Part shown: piece after piece, positions 41,116 to 53,100 of the stretch
Position numbering within the stretch: position 1 is the first letter of the stretch
How the letters are laid out: each line of letters opens with the position of its first letter
Assembly: GCA_964016885.1 (NCBI GenBank)
Contig: OZ024744.1
Location: forward strand, 32,240,001-32,304,000
Source: Eledone cirrhosa
Taxonomy: Eukaryota
DNA: 64,000 nucleotides
Reading direction: 5' to 3'
Notes under the pieces: model-generated
The model's database searches: none
Told to the model about the DNA's origin: nothing
What the model saw: only the letters and a program-made list of their open reading frames with translations
Made by a program: the position numbers and the translations under genes

Positions 41116-43674
41116 CATTTAGAGTCGGACAATATAGAGGGAGACTGGGAATTTCTGAAAGCAAACCTGACGAAGTCTGTGGCTGGAACAGGCCTGTAGG
41201 CAGGAGGAGAGTAACATGGTGGTGGAACAGTAAGGTGGAGGGGTCAATTAAGGCCAAAAAGCAGGCTTGGAAAGTATGGCGGGATGGGGGAAGTAGAGAA
41301 GACTATCAAGTGGCCAGGTGGGAAGCTAGGAGACAAGTGTACTTAGCAAGAAGGGAAGCTGAGGAAAGAAAGTTCAAGCATGTTCTACAACGCGATGACC
41401 AAAAACGTGAGGTGTTCAGGATTGCTAGGCAATGCGTCAAGGAAAACCGTGATATTGTCGGGGAGAAGTGTGTACTAAACGACGATGGCACACTTGCCAT
41501 CACCGACGCTGATAAGAAGGTAGCTTGGAAGTGTCACTATGAAAGGCTACTAAATGAGGAGAATAAATGGGAGAAAGACAGTCTCCCCCATATCGACCCA
41601 ATAGAGGGACCAGCAGTGTTAGTCGAGGGGAGTATAATAAGTAAGGCAATCAAGGATATGAAGACGGGTAAGGCGGCTGGGCCTTCGGAAATAGTTGCTG
41701 AGATGCTGAAGGCATCTGGCACGGTGGGACACACCATGGTCACCCGCATAGTTAACCAAGTCGTACAGAATGGGGTTGTTCCGAAGGACTGGCATAGCAG
41801 CATCATCGTTAACTGTTATAAGGGTAAAGGAGACGCCCTAGATAGGAGTAACTATAGAGGCATTAAATTAATCGACCAGGTCATGAAGGTCACGGAAAAA
41901 GTAATAGCACAACTAATCAGAGAGAGAATTGACCTAGATGAAATGCAGTTCGGGTTTGTGTCAGGCAAAAGTACCACAGACGCTCTTTTCATAGTACGAC
42001 AACTACAGGAGAAGTACCTAGCTAAAGGTAAACCCCTCTACTTAGCTTTTGTCGACTTGGAGAAAGCCTTCGACAGAGTCCCCCGCTCCATTATCTGGTG
42101 GGCTCTTAGAAAACTAGGCGTTGACGAATGGCTTGTGAGGGCTATACAAGCCATGTATAAAGAAACAGTCAGCAAGGTTAGAATTAACAACGAATATAGT
42201 GAAGAGTTTAGCGTAAAAGTTGGCGTCCATCAGGGCTCTGTTCTCAGCCCCCTACTATTTATTATTGCCCTTCAGGCTATAACAGAGGAGTTCAAGACAG
42301 GCTGCCCATGGGAACTCCTATACGCAGACGACCTGACACTCATAGCGGAATCAATGGCCGAGCTAGAGAAGAAATTCCAAACATGGAAGCACGGCCTAGA
42401 GTCAAAAGGACTTAAAATTAACCTGGCTAAGACCAAAGTACTAGTTTGTAGGAAAGAAAACAAGGCGGCGGTCCCTTCTGGGAAATGGTCGTGCTCGGTG
42501 TGTAGGAAAGGCGTAGGTAGAAACTCCATTTTATGTCCTAAATGCAAAGTATGGGTGCATAAAAGATGTAGTGGGATCACAGGTAAGCTAACTAAGAACA
42601 TAGATTTTACATGTGGCCGGTGTTCTGGTGCAATAAGTAGCAGCAAGTGCCCACAAAATACTAGCTCTTTCAATTGCGCAGAGGGTTCTATCGAAATAGT
42701 GGACAGCTTCCGTTACCTGGGCGATAAAATCAGCAGTGGGGGAGGGTGCTCTGAAAGTACTGTAGCTAGAGTCAGAACTGGTTGGAAAAAGTTCAGAGAG
42801 CTTATACCACTATTAGCTGCTAAAGGGTTCTCCCTAAAAATGAAAGGCAGGTTGTACGATGCCTGCATACGAACAGCAATGCTGCATGGCAGTGAGACCT
42901 GGGCATTGTGTGCAGAGGATATACGCAGACTAGAGAGGAACGAAGATTGCATGCTCCGCTGGATGTGTAACAGTAATATACGTGAACGGCAAAGCATAAA
43001 CGAACTAAGGAAAAAATTAGAGATAAGAGGGATCAGATGTTGTTTACTCGAGAGAAGGCTACGTTGGTATGGACACGTGATGCGCATGAAAGTCGATAGC
43101 TGTATAACAAAGTGCAGGGCAATAAAGATAGACGGTAGTCACGGAATAGGCAGACCTAGAAAAACCTGGGACGAGCTGATAAACTCCGACATCACACACT
43201 TACACCTCTCCAAGACAATGTCACTGGACCGAGACCTTTGGCGGTACTCAGTAACAGAGAAGACCCGCCTTACCTAAATATATAGTAAAACCTACTCCAG
43301 CCAGTAGGCATCTCTAACAAAATACACCCCGTCCCACCACCCCCACCCCCACCGTCCACACCACCCCGTTCTATGTAAAGTTATGTTGGTGCCGCGCCAT
43401 CGAGGCCGAAACAAATGAGATCGTGTAGGTGTCACGACAAAAAAACACACAGTCCACGCTGTAATGTGGCCGTGTAGGCAACACGGTAAAAACCTCCCAG
43501 ACCCACACTGTAAATGTGGTTGGTGTTAGGAAGGGCATCCAACTGTAGAAAACCTGCCAGACAGTCCTATGCGAGCAAGACAATCACTCTTGCCTCAAGT
43601 GGGACTACCCCCGTCCAAACCCATGCAAGCGTGGAACACGGACGTTAAACGTTGATGATGATGATGATGATGAT
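41116..43674 (+). mobile_element. 5'-truncated RTE-clade LINE with (GAT)n tail, inserted in (TA)n
   Basis: RT ORF, ~370-bp 3' UTR ending ...ggacgttaaacgtt(gat)n, TA runs on both sides, no APE endonuclease domain visible. Confidence 0.92.
41235..43277 (+). CDS. LINE reverse transcriptase (RTE clade), uninterrupted 680-aa 3' part with an internal PHD-like Cys/His finger
   Basis: Motifs KAAGPSEI, NYRGIKL, QFGF, AFVDLEKAFDRVP, GVHQGSVLSPLLF, LLYADD, FRYLG, LHGSETW, RLRWYGHVMRM, GRPRKTW. The GTG start is probably not native. Confidence 0.92.
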   Translation: MEGSIKAKKQAWKVWRDGGSREDYQVARWEARRQVYLARREAEERKFKHVLQRDDQKREVFRIARQCVKENRDIVGEKCVLNDDGTLAITDADKKVAWKCHYERLLNEENKWEKDSLPHIDPIEGPAVLVEGSIISKAIKDMKTGKAAGPSEIVAEMLKASGTVGHTMVTRIVNQVVQNGVVPKDWHSSIIVNCYKGKGDALDRSNYRGIKLIDQVMKVTEKVIAQLIRERIDLDEMQFGFVSGKSTTDALFIVRQLQEKYLAKGKPLYLAFVDLEKAFDRVPRSIIWWALRKLGVDEWLVRAIQAMYKETVSKVRINNEYSEEFSVKVGVHQGSVLSPLLFIIALQAITEEFKTGCPWELLYADDLTLIAESMAELEKKFQTWKHGLESKGLKINLAKTKVLVCRKENKAAVPSGKWSCSVCRKGVGRNSILCPKCKVWVHKRCSGITGKLTKNIDFTCGRCSGAISSSKCPQNTSSFNCAEGSIEIVDSFRYLGDKISSGGGCSESTVARVRTGWKKFRELIPLLAAKGFSLKMKGRLYDACIRTAMLHGSETWALCAEDIRRLERNEDCMLRWMCNSNIRERQSINELRKKLEIRGIRCCLLERRLRWYGHVMRMKVDSCITKCRAIKIDGSHGIGRPRKTWDELINSDITHLHLSKTMSLDRDLWRYSVTEKTRLT

Positions 43675-43752
43675 ATATATTATACGTTATTCCGGGTTGA
43701 ATCGGAGGTAACCACAGTAAGTAAGGTACTCAATACATTGCAGAGTATAAAA

Positions 43753-43805
43753 GAGATTCCTGATGATTTCTAAAGAATGAAACAGTTCTAGTCTTGTAGA
43801 ATCTC
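43753..43805 (+). ncRNA. Minimal type-I hammerhead ribozyme motif, family B, in a ~140-bp TA-flanked segment (43685-43820)
   Basis: gagattc-CTGATGA-tttctaaagaat-GAAA-cagttctagtcttg-TA-gaatctc: perfect 7-bp stem I, short stem II (ttc/gaa), GUA cleavage triplet. Confidence 0.78.
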
Positions 43806-43816
43806 ATCTATATTAA

Positions 43817-43863
<47 letters not shown>

Positions 43864-43944
43864 ACAAACCTGTGCCCTTGGAATTGATGGTAAAATCCAG
43901 TAGAGGGTTTCTGCGACATCTAATCAATCATACCGTCTGCTTAA

Positions 43945-44009
<65 letters not shown>

Positions 44010-44199
44010 GAAGTTTAACATGGTTCAATGAATTAATCAATGAATAAAGTTTTACAATAGATTAGAAGCACTCTACAACGAGCCTTTCTGGTGTTATTAA
44101 TATTACTTCAAAATATTAATAAATATAGACATTCATGTGATCAAATATATTTTATTATACACATTTCAGAGATACTGAGCTATTTCAACAGTACTTCCT

Positions 44200-44808
44200 C
44201 ATAACCAACAAATAATTAGTGACAATGACAATATTAACACATGCAATAATATTGATACTGTGAATAACAACAACATCAATTTAAGAACTTACAATGGAAC
44301 ACCTGCAACTATTAGCAATGATAATGCGTACAGTTTAAATTATAGTAATAACAGAAAATCGCAATGTAACTGTAGAAATAGATCTAATTGTCCTTTGCAA
44401 AATAATTGCCTTGATAAGAGCTTAGTTTATAAATGTACCGTTAAAGCAAATAACATCACCTACAACTATATAGGTGCAACTTCATCGAGCTTTAAATTAA
44501 GATTTTCTAATCATAAGCACTCTTTTTAAAATCCGGATAAGAAATTCTCTACTTCTTTATCACAACTTATATGGTCGTTAAAAGACAAAAATTTAAAATA
44601 CTCAATATTTTGGTCCAAACTTTGCAATAGTCAAGTCTGCTTAATTTCTTCAATTTCTCCTAACTGCAATCTTTGTAATATGGAAACACTATTAATAATT
44701 GCTAATTATGGTAACTTAATTAATAAAAAAAGTGAATTATTCTCAAATTGCCTGCACAAATCCGCATCTACTTTCCAAGCATCACATAAAATCAGGAAAA
44801 AACATTGA
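44200..44808 (+). pseudogene. GIY-YIG endonuclease C-terminus of a Penelope-like element (one in-frame TAA at 44527)
   Basis: CNCRNRSNCPLQNNC (CxCx5Cx5C), SLVYKC..YIGAT..FKLRFSNHKHSF*..STSLSQLIWSLK..CNLCNME..NLINKKSELFSNCLHK. Confidence 0.85.
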
Positions 44809-46067
44809 CTAAACGTGAAATGATTTAGACTTTTATTAATAATACCGAGCGAGAAACGATATTGTCTCAGATTAATAATTCTTGTAATGCTTTTATTATT
44901 TATGCTATTAATAATATTGGATAGAGGGTTTTTACCTAAACACAGAAATTGTTAACCTGCTCTCTTAAAGAGCATGTTTAACCTCTAGATTGTTTAAATA
45001 CATTTAATTTTGTTTTTGTATTTTTTAAATCTTGTATCTTATATATTTGATACCTGTAATGTCTTCAGACTCGTAAACTGTTTAATTACTTTGAATATTT
45101 GTTTACGTCTCATGAGGATATGGTTTTACATTATAGTATAAAAGTTTCGTTAGATCTAAGTTGATTAATTATCTGTACTTAAGTTGATGTATAATTTTGA
45201 ATACAGTAAAATCAAGTTAAATCAAATTTATAACATTCTTAATTATAACTAATAATTAATATTATATATAATTGACAAATATCGACTTAAACCTTAAACC
45301 TTATAGTTTTTATATAAATTATACAAATGCGTATATCTAAATAAATCTGGTTTAATAATATCTTATTAAATACGTTTATAAGCTTTATGGTTAGTTAATA
45401 ACATTTTCTTTCTAACTAAATTATTGACTATATTTTTTAATTTAAATATATTTTAAATATACTCTTGATGACCCTTGGAGTTATGATAAACTTTAATTTA
45501 TCTCTTTCACGTTACATTTACTTTAACTTTGATACAATAATATAGATTCTTTCAAATTTTATAGTCTAAAATTTCAAGTTATTTAATTAATTGATTATTT
45601 CTAATTAACTTAAGATTTGAAAATAAACGGTCACGCATCATATACCTAGATCTTCCTTCCCCCTACGTTATTTATACGTTACCATAAGCATCTTCCTTTC
45701 TTTGTTTTTACTATGAAACCTACTTCCTTTTATTCTCTCTATTCTTTAATTACCTCTCTCGCTATCTCACATATCTCCCTTTCTTTGTTTTTACTATCAA
45801 ATCTATTCCTCTTCTCTCTCTTCTCCGGTTAGCTTTCTTCGCTCTCTCGCTTGCTCTATCTACAATAGGGAGGTATACATATTATTATTTATTTATTATT
45901 ATATATTTTTATATTTTTATACACAATCTCATACGTACCCTCTGTATTATATGTAATTTTTCATGTTTCAACATAAGGTATATAAATATTGAGTTTTGTC
46001 ATAACTAATCACTGCCATGACTGCATTTTAACCATCAACACAGTCAAGGTATGTCAGAAAATCAATT

Positions 46068-46133
46068 TATTTTATCTGATGAGGACGTACTGTTGAAATA
46101 GCTCAGTACCTCTGAAATATGTATAATAAAATA
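46068..46133 (+). ncRNA. Hammerhead motif, family C, in the 3' pLTR of the Penelope-like element
   Basis: tattttat-CTGATGA-ggacgtactg..cagtacctct-GAAA-tatgta-TA-ataaaata; 8-bp stem I and gtactg/cagtac stem II. Confidence 0.78.
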
Positions 46134-46175
46134 TATTTGATCACATGAATGTCTATATTTATTAATATTTTCAAG

Positions 46176-46229
<54 letters not shown>

Positions 46230-46331
46230 ATACTTTGGGAGGGTCATGTTGCCAATATGCTCCCAAAGTATAACAATATCGGTTTCAACGCACATTTTCA
46301 GATAAAGAATCTTGCTAAACAAATTCAGAAA

Positions 46332-46397
<66 letters not shown>

Positions 46398-46577
46398 TTA
46401 CACACATACGGATATACAAGTATGTATATATGTAAAATGCAAACAGAAATAATAAACATACGTACAATGAAGAAATATATTATTAGTTTTACGTCTGATA
46501 TAGTAGTAAATGAAGCATTTCTTACTATATATATCTATATATCTATATATCTATCTATCTATCTATATCTATATCTT

Positions 46578-48220
46578 CATCATCATCATCATCATCATCA
46601 TCGTTTAACGTCCAAATTCCACGCTAGCATGTGTTAGACGGGAGTTGTCCCACTTGAGGCAAGGTTGGTCGGGTGACCGTATCTCGCTCATATAGGACTA
46701 TCTGGCAGGTTTTCTACGGCTGGATGCCCTTCCTAACACCAACCACATTTACAGTGTGGAACTGGGAACTTTTTACCGTGTTACCTACATGACCACACTA
46801 CAGCGTGGACTGTGTGTTTTTATCTCGTGACACATACACGATCTCGATCTCATTATCTCATTTATTTGGACTGGATGTTGTGGTACCAACTTTACAGAGA
46901 GAGGGTGGTGTTGGTGGGAGGATAGGGAAGGGGTAGTGGATTGGGGTGTATATTTGGTTAAGAGTTGCCTACTGACTGTAGGTTTCGCTTTGTACATAGG
47001 CAAGGCGGGTCTTCTGTATTACTGCGTAGCGTCAAAGATCTCGGTCCAGTGACATTGTCTTAGAGAGGTGCAAGTGTGTAAGGTCAGAATTTATCAGATC
47101 GTCCCAGGTTTTTCTGGGTCTACTTACTTCGTAACTACCATCAATTTTGATCGACCTGCACCTTTTTATACAGCTGTCGTCTTTCATGCGCATCACGTGG
47201 CCATACCAACATAGTCTTCTCTCAAGTAAACAGCATCTGATCACTCTTATTCCTAATTTCTCACTTAGTTCATTTATGCTTTGGCGTTCACATATATTAC
47301 TATTACACATCCAATGGAGCATGCATGCTTCGTTCCTTTCCAGTCTGCGCAGGTCTTCTGCACGTAATGCCCATGTCTCACTGCCATGTAGCATTGCTGT
47401 TCGTATACAAGCACCATACAATCTGCCTTTCATTTTTAGAGAGAAACCTTTTGTGGCCAAGAGCGGTATAAGCTCTCTGAACTTTTTCCATCCCTTTCTG
47501 ACTCTGGCTACTGTATTTTCAGAACACCCTCCACCACTGCTGATTTCGTCAACCAGGTAACGGAAAGTGTCTACTATTTCTATAGAACCATCTGGGCAAT
47601 AGAAGGAGCTAGTATCCCGTGGACACCTGCTACCTATTGCACGTGAGCATCGGCCACATATAAAGTCTACGTTCTTAGATAGTTTACCCGTGATCCCACT
47701 ACATCTTTTATATACCCATACTTTGCATTTGGGACATAACATTGAATTTCTGCTTACTCCTTTCCTACACACTGAGCATGGCCATTTCGCTGGGGGTATC
47801 TGTGCCTTATTTTCCTTTCTACAAACTAGGACTTTAGTCTTAGACAAGTTAACTTTAAGCCTTTTGATTCTAGGCCATGCTTCCATGTTTGGAATGTCTT
47901 CTCTAGTTCAGCCATTTATTCAGCTATGAGCGTTAGATCATCTGCGTATAGGAGTTCCCATGGGCAACCGGTCTTGAACTCCTCTGTTATAGACTGAAGG
48001 GCAATAATAAATAGGAGGGGGCTAACACCAACATTTACACTAAATTCTTCACAATATTCATTGTTAATTCTAACCTTACTGACTGTTTCATTATACATAG
48101 CTTGTATAGCTCTCACAAGCCATTCATCTACACCTAGTTTTCTAAAAGCCCACCAGATAATGGAGCGGGGGACTCTGTCAAAGGCTTTCTCCAGGTCTAC
48201 AAAAGCTAAGTAGAGAAGTA

Positions 48221-48230
<10 letters not shown>
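46578..48230 (-). mobile_element. Second, more truncated and frameshifted RTE copy related to 41116-43674
   Basis: (CAT)n tail at 46578-46601 on the plus strand; ORF pieces 47032-47886 and 47916-48116 align with the 680-aa RT including YADD and the Cys finger; truncated near LAFVDLEKAFDRVP; TA-rich flanks. Confidence 0.92.
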
Positions 48231-48312
<82 letters not shown>

Positions 48313-48499
48313 CATTGTCAAAATCTATACATAGAAATATCGAATTTTTGACCACTATCCTCTCGATCCAAATAAGGCGCTAAAATGCTCTAATTTGAGG
48401 GCACTGACATAGATATTGATAAAGGTACAACAAATTAATATCTTTCACAAAAAACATGTATAACATATTCTGAAAAAGAAAAATCAAATATTGTCGGAC

Positions 48500-48650
48500 G
48501 CCATGCTTTAACGCATAGAGTTACGGCCCTTGCCATTCTGAGTTCAAATGCCGACGAGGTTAACTTTTCCTTTCATCCTTACGGGGTCGATAAAATAAAG
48601 TACCAGTAATGCACTGGATAATTGCTGGCCTTGTGACTAAAGTAGAAAAA
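48500..48650 (+). mobile_element. Degenerate tRNA-derived SINE fragment (Meta-domain-like core)
   Basis: B-box-like gagttcaaat followed by tttcatccttacggggtcgataaaataaagtaccag. Domain name is from recall, not a search. Confidence 0.6.
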
Positions 48651-48672
48651 ATTACTTACACTATATCAGCAA

Positions 48673-50010
48673 CTAGCAGAAGTGCTCAGCGTTGCTCGGG
48701 GCTGAGGAACTGATGTATTATAATGAATATTCCATCTCGTTTGGTTTGCAGGCCTGGTGTGTCATGGTCTCTGTTAACTACGGTATATATAATCTGGTTG
48801 CAGCTAGAAAAATAGACATACCGCAGCAGGGTTTGTACCTACATAGGTGATCCCCTGTCTATTTGACTTTCGCCTGACCTAACTGAGGTCGTAGGTGAAA
48901 GGGATAGGATAAATCACTTTTTGACAGGACAAAGAAAACGTTTGTTGGTGCCTGTTTATGTCGTGGTTTTGGGTTCAATCCCTAATGCTTTTTTATTCCT
49001 TACTGAAAGTACTTAATGAACCTGTGAACGTCCCTAGCAGTTAAGAATGAGAAATTGAATTGTTTCTGGCGCGATTGTACTCTCGTCATTGTTAACGAAA
49101 ACTACATTGAAACACGCACACACACACGTGTGTATTGACGGTAATACACACACACACACACACATGCTAACGGCGACATAACATTTACCGGTTATATAAA
49201 CTGTTCATGCTATATAACATCGTACTGACTACATAGCCTTTTACCTGCTACATAGCTTTACCGGCTACATAATGAATACCGGCTACGCAATTGATCTTGT
49301 TGTTTAAGGAAGTCTACGAATAGTGTTTTAAAAAATTATTTGTTAACTCACATGATGTGAAATGGAAGGGTAGTATTATCGCCATGAAGATTAACAACCG
49401 AAAATGAAAATAATTATGTCGTTTGATTTTACGATTGAAAGAAAATAATTGTCGCAAATTAGAATTTTTATTTGTTAATGAAGTGTGTATGTGTGGTTAG
49501 AAAACCGGCACGTGGTTAAATTGATTTAAAGTTTAATTATTCATTTGATGTGAGTGTGTGTTTGTATGTGTTTGCAAATAAATAAATCAGTTTGAAGACT
49601 CACATTTAGAATAAACGAAATTGTACGTTAATGTGGCTAATGTTTTTGTTGTTTAGTCTGTAAAGTGTATGAGTGAGAGAGTAAAACGGACAGTATCACC
49701 ATCAACATGAACAATGTAAAATGAAAAGAATAGTTGTTTCAGCTTGGAAAGAGAAAGTAGCAGACAGTATGAAGTTGTATAGATTTTGAAGGTTGTGAAA
49801 GTATTTAGCAGTTGAAATGAGAGAGGTAAAATGGTAAAATATTGAGTTATATCGATTTTTTGCGTAATTGTGGGTGAAATTGAAAAAGATATAAGTGCCA
49901 AGACCCAATCGAAGCTATTTCGAATACTGAATTGTAAATTTCAACTGAAGAAATTCTATATCATAGATTTCTATAACAAAGAAATGTGACAATACGCAGA
50001 GCTTTATAGA
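48673..50010 (-). mobile_element. Possible non-autonomous Helitron-like element; right boundary speculative
   Basis: Minus strand ends ccccgagcaacgctgagcacttctgCTAG|T (degenerate hairpin plus CTAG); a candidate A|TCTATAAA 5' end lies at 50010. Confidence 0.3.
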
Positions 50011-50112
50011 TTATGATGATGATATAGAGTTCTAAAAAATACACAGACAATGTTCTGCTCATGACGAAACAATAATCCACACAACTGGATAATTATGTTA
50101 AAATTGTAATAC

Positions 50113-53100
50113 TATCACCGCAGCAACAAAAGCCATTGCTACCACCAGTACCACCACAGTCATTACTACCACAACTACCACCACAGCCATTACTACCACC
50201 ACTACCACCACAGTCATTACTACCACAACTACCACCACAGTCATTATTACCACAACTACCACCACAGCCATTACTACCACAACTACCACCACAGTCATTA
50301 CTACCACAACTACCACCACTACCACCACTTCCACCACAGCCATTACTACCACCACTACCACCACAGCCATTACTACCACCACTACCACCACTATCACCAC
50401 AGCCATTACTACCACCACTACCACCACAGCCATTACTACCACCAGTACCACCACAGCCATTACTACCACCACTACCAACATAGCCATTACTACCACTACC
50501 ACCAAAGCCATTACTATCACCAATACCACAACAGCCATACTACCACCACTACGACTAGAGGCATTACTACCACCACAGCATTACTACCACCACTACAGCC
50601 ACAACCATTAATACTACTACCACCACTCCCACAGCCATTTCTACCACCACAACCACCACAGCCATTACTATCACCACTACCTCCACAGCTATTACTACCA
50701 CCAATACTACTACCACCAATACCACTACAGCCATTACTACCATTACCACCGCCACATCCTTACAACCACCCCTACCACAGCCATTTCTACCACGAGGACC
50801 ACCACAGCCATCTCTACCACCACCAATACCACAGCCATTACTACCACAACTACCACCACAGCCATTATTACCACAACTACCACCACAGCCATTACTACCA
50901 CAGCTACCACCACAGCCATTACTACCACAACTACCACCACAGCCATTACTACCACCACAACCACCACAGCCATTACTACCACAACTACCACCACAGCCAT
51001 TACTACCACCACTACCACCACTACCACCACTACCACCACAGCCATTACTACCACCACTACCACCACAGCCATTACAACCACCACTACTACCACAACTACC
51101 ACCACTACCACCACAGTCATTACTACCACCATAGCCATTACTACCACAACTACCACCACAGCCATTACTACCACTACCACCATAGCCATTACTACCACAA
51201 CTACCACCACAGCCATTATAACCACCACCAACACAGCCATTACTACCACTACCACCACAGCCATTACTACAACCACTACCACCACAGCCATTACTACAAC
51301 CACTACCACCATAGCCATTACTACCACAACTACCACCACAGCCATTATAACCACCACCAACACAGCCATTACTACCACTACCACCACAGCCATTACTACA
51401 ACCACTACCACCACAGCCATTACTACAACCACTACCACCATAGCCATTACTACCACAACTACCACCACAGCCATTACTACCACCACCACCACAGCCATTA
51501 CTACCACTACTACCACAGCCATTACTACAACCACTACCACCACAGCCATTACTAAATCCACTACCACCACAGCCATTACTACTACCACTACCACCACTAC
51601 CACCACAGCCATTACTACCACCATAACCACCACAGCCATTACTACCACTACCACCACAGCCATTACTACCACCACTACCACCACATCCATTACTACCACC
51701 ACTAACACCACAGCCATTACTACCACCAATACCATCACAACCATTACTACCACCACTACCACCAGAGCCAATACTACCAGCACCACTACCACAGCCATTA
51801 CTATCACCACTAGCACCACAGCCATTACTACCACCACTACCGCCACAGCCATTACTACCACCACTACCACCACAGCCATTACTACCACCGCAGCAACCAC
51901 GCCCATTACTAACACCACCACTACCACCACCAGGACGACAGCCAATACTACCACCACTACCACCACAGACATTACTACCACCACTACCACCACAGCCATA
52001 AATACCACCACTACCACCACAGCCACCATTACCACCACCACCACCACAGACATTACTACTACCACTAACACCCGAGCCATTACTACCTCCACTACAGACA
52101 GCCATTACTACCACCACTACCACCACTACCCTTACTACCACCACTACCACCACAACCATTACTTCCACCACAACCACCACAGCCATTACTACCACCACTA
52201 CCACCACTACCACCACTACCACCACTACCACCACAGCCATTACTACCACCACCACCGCAACAGCCATTACTACCACCACTACCACCACAGCCATTACTAC
52301 CACCACTACCACCACAGCCATTACTACCACCACTACCATCACAACCATTACTACCACCACTCACACAATCATTACTACCACCACCACCACCAGAGCCATT
52401 ACTATCACCACTAGCACCACAGCCATTACTACCACCACTACCACCACAGCCATTACTACCACCACTACCACCACAGCCATTACTACCACCACTACCAGCA
52501 CAACCATTACTACCACCGCTACCACCACAGACATTACTACCACCACTACCACCACAGACATTACTACCACCACTACCATTACTACCACCACTCCCGTTAC
52601 TACCACCACTACCACCACAGACATTACTACCACCACTACCACCACAGTCATTACTGCCACCACTACCACCACAGACATTACTACCACCACTACCACCACA
52701 GACATTACTACCACTACCACCACCGCAGACATTACTACCACCACTACCACCACAGCCATAAATACCACCACTACCACCACAGCCATTACTACCACCACTC
52801 CCACAATCATTACTACCACCACCACCACCAGAGCCATAACTAACACCACTACCACCACAGTCATTACTACCACCACTACCACCACTACCACCGCAGCCAT
52901 TACTACCACCACTACCACAACAGCCATTACAACCACCACTACCACCACTACCACAACTACCACCACTACCACCACAGTCATTACTACCACCACTACCACC
53001 GCTACCACAACTACCACCACAGCCATTACTACCACTACCACAACAGCCATTACTACAACCTCTAGCACCACAGCCATTACTAAATCCACTACCACCACAG

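Larger units (their letters stand above)
44005..46180 (+). mobile_element. 5'-truncated Penelope-like element (Naiad-type) with an inverted partial pLTR at its 5' end, in (TA)n
   Basis: Contains a GIY-YIG remnant, a long AT-rich 3' region and a hammerhead at 46068; 44101-44202 is an inverted copy of 46079-46180. Confidence 0.8.

Noticed and set aside
41306-43087. Antisense ORFs over the RT (also 47147-47929)
   Set aside because: Shadow frames of LINE coding sequence with no independent motifs.
44527-44529. Selenocysteine recoding in the GIY-YIG remnant
   Set aside because: The internal stop is TAA, not TGA, and is not at a Cys motif position.
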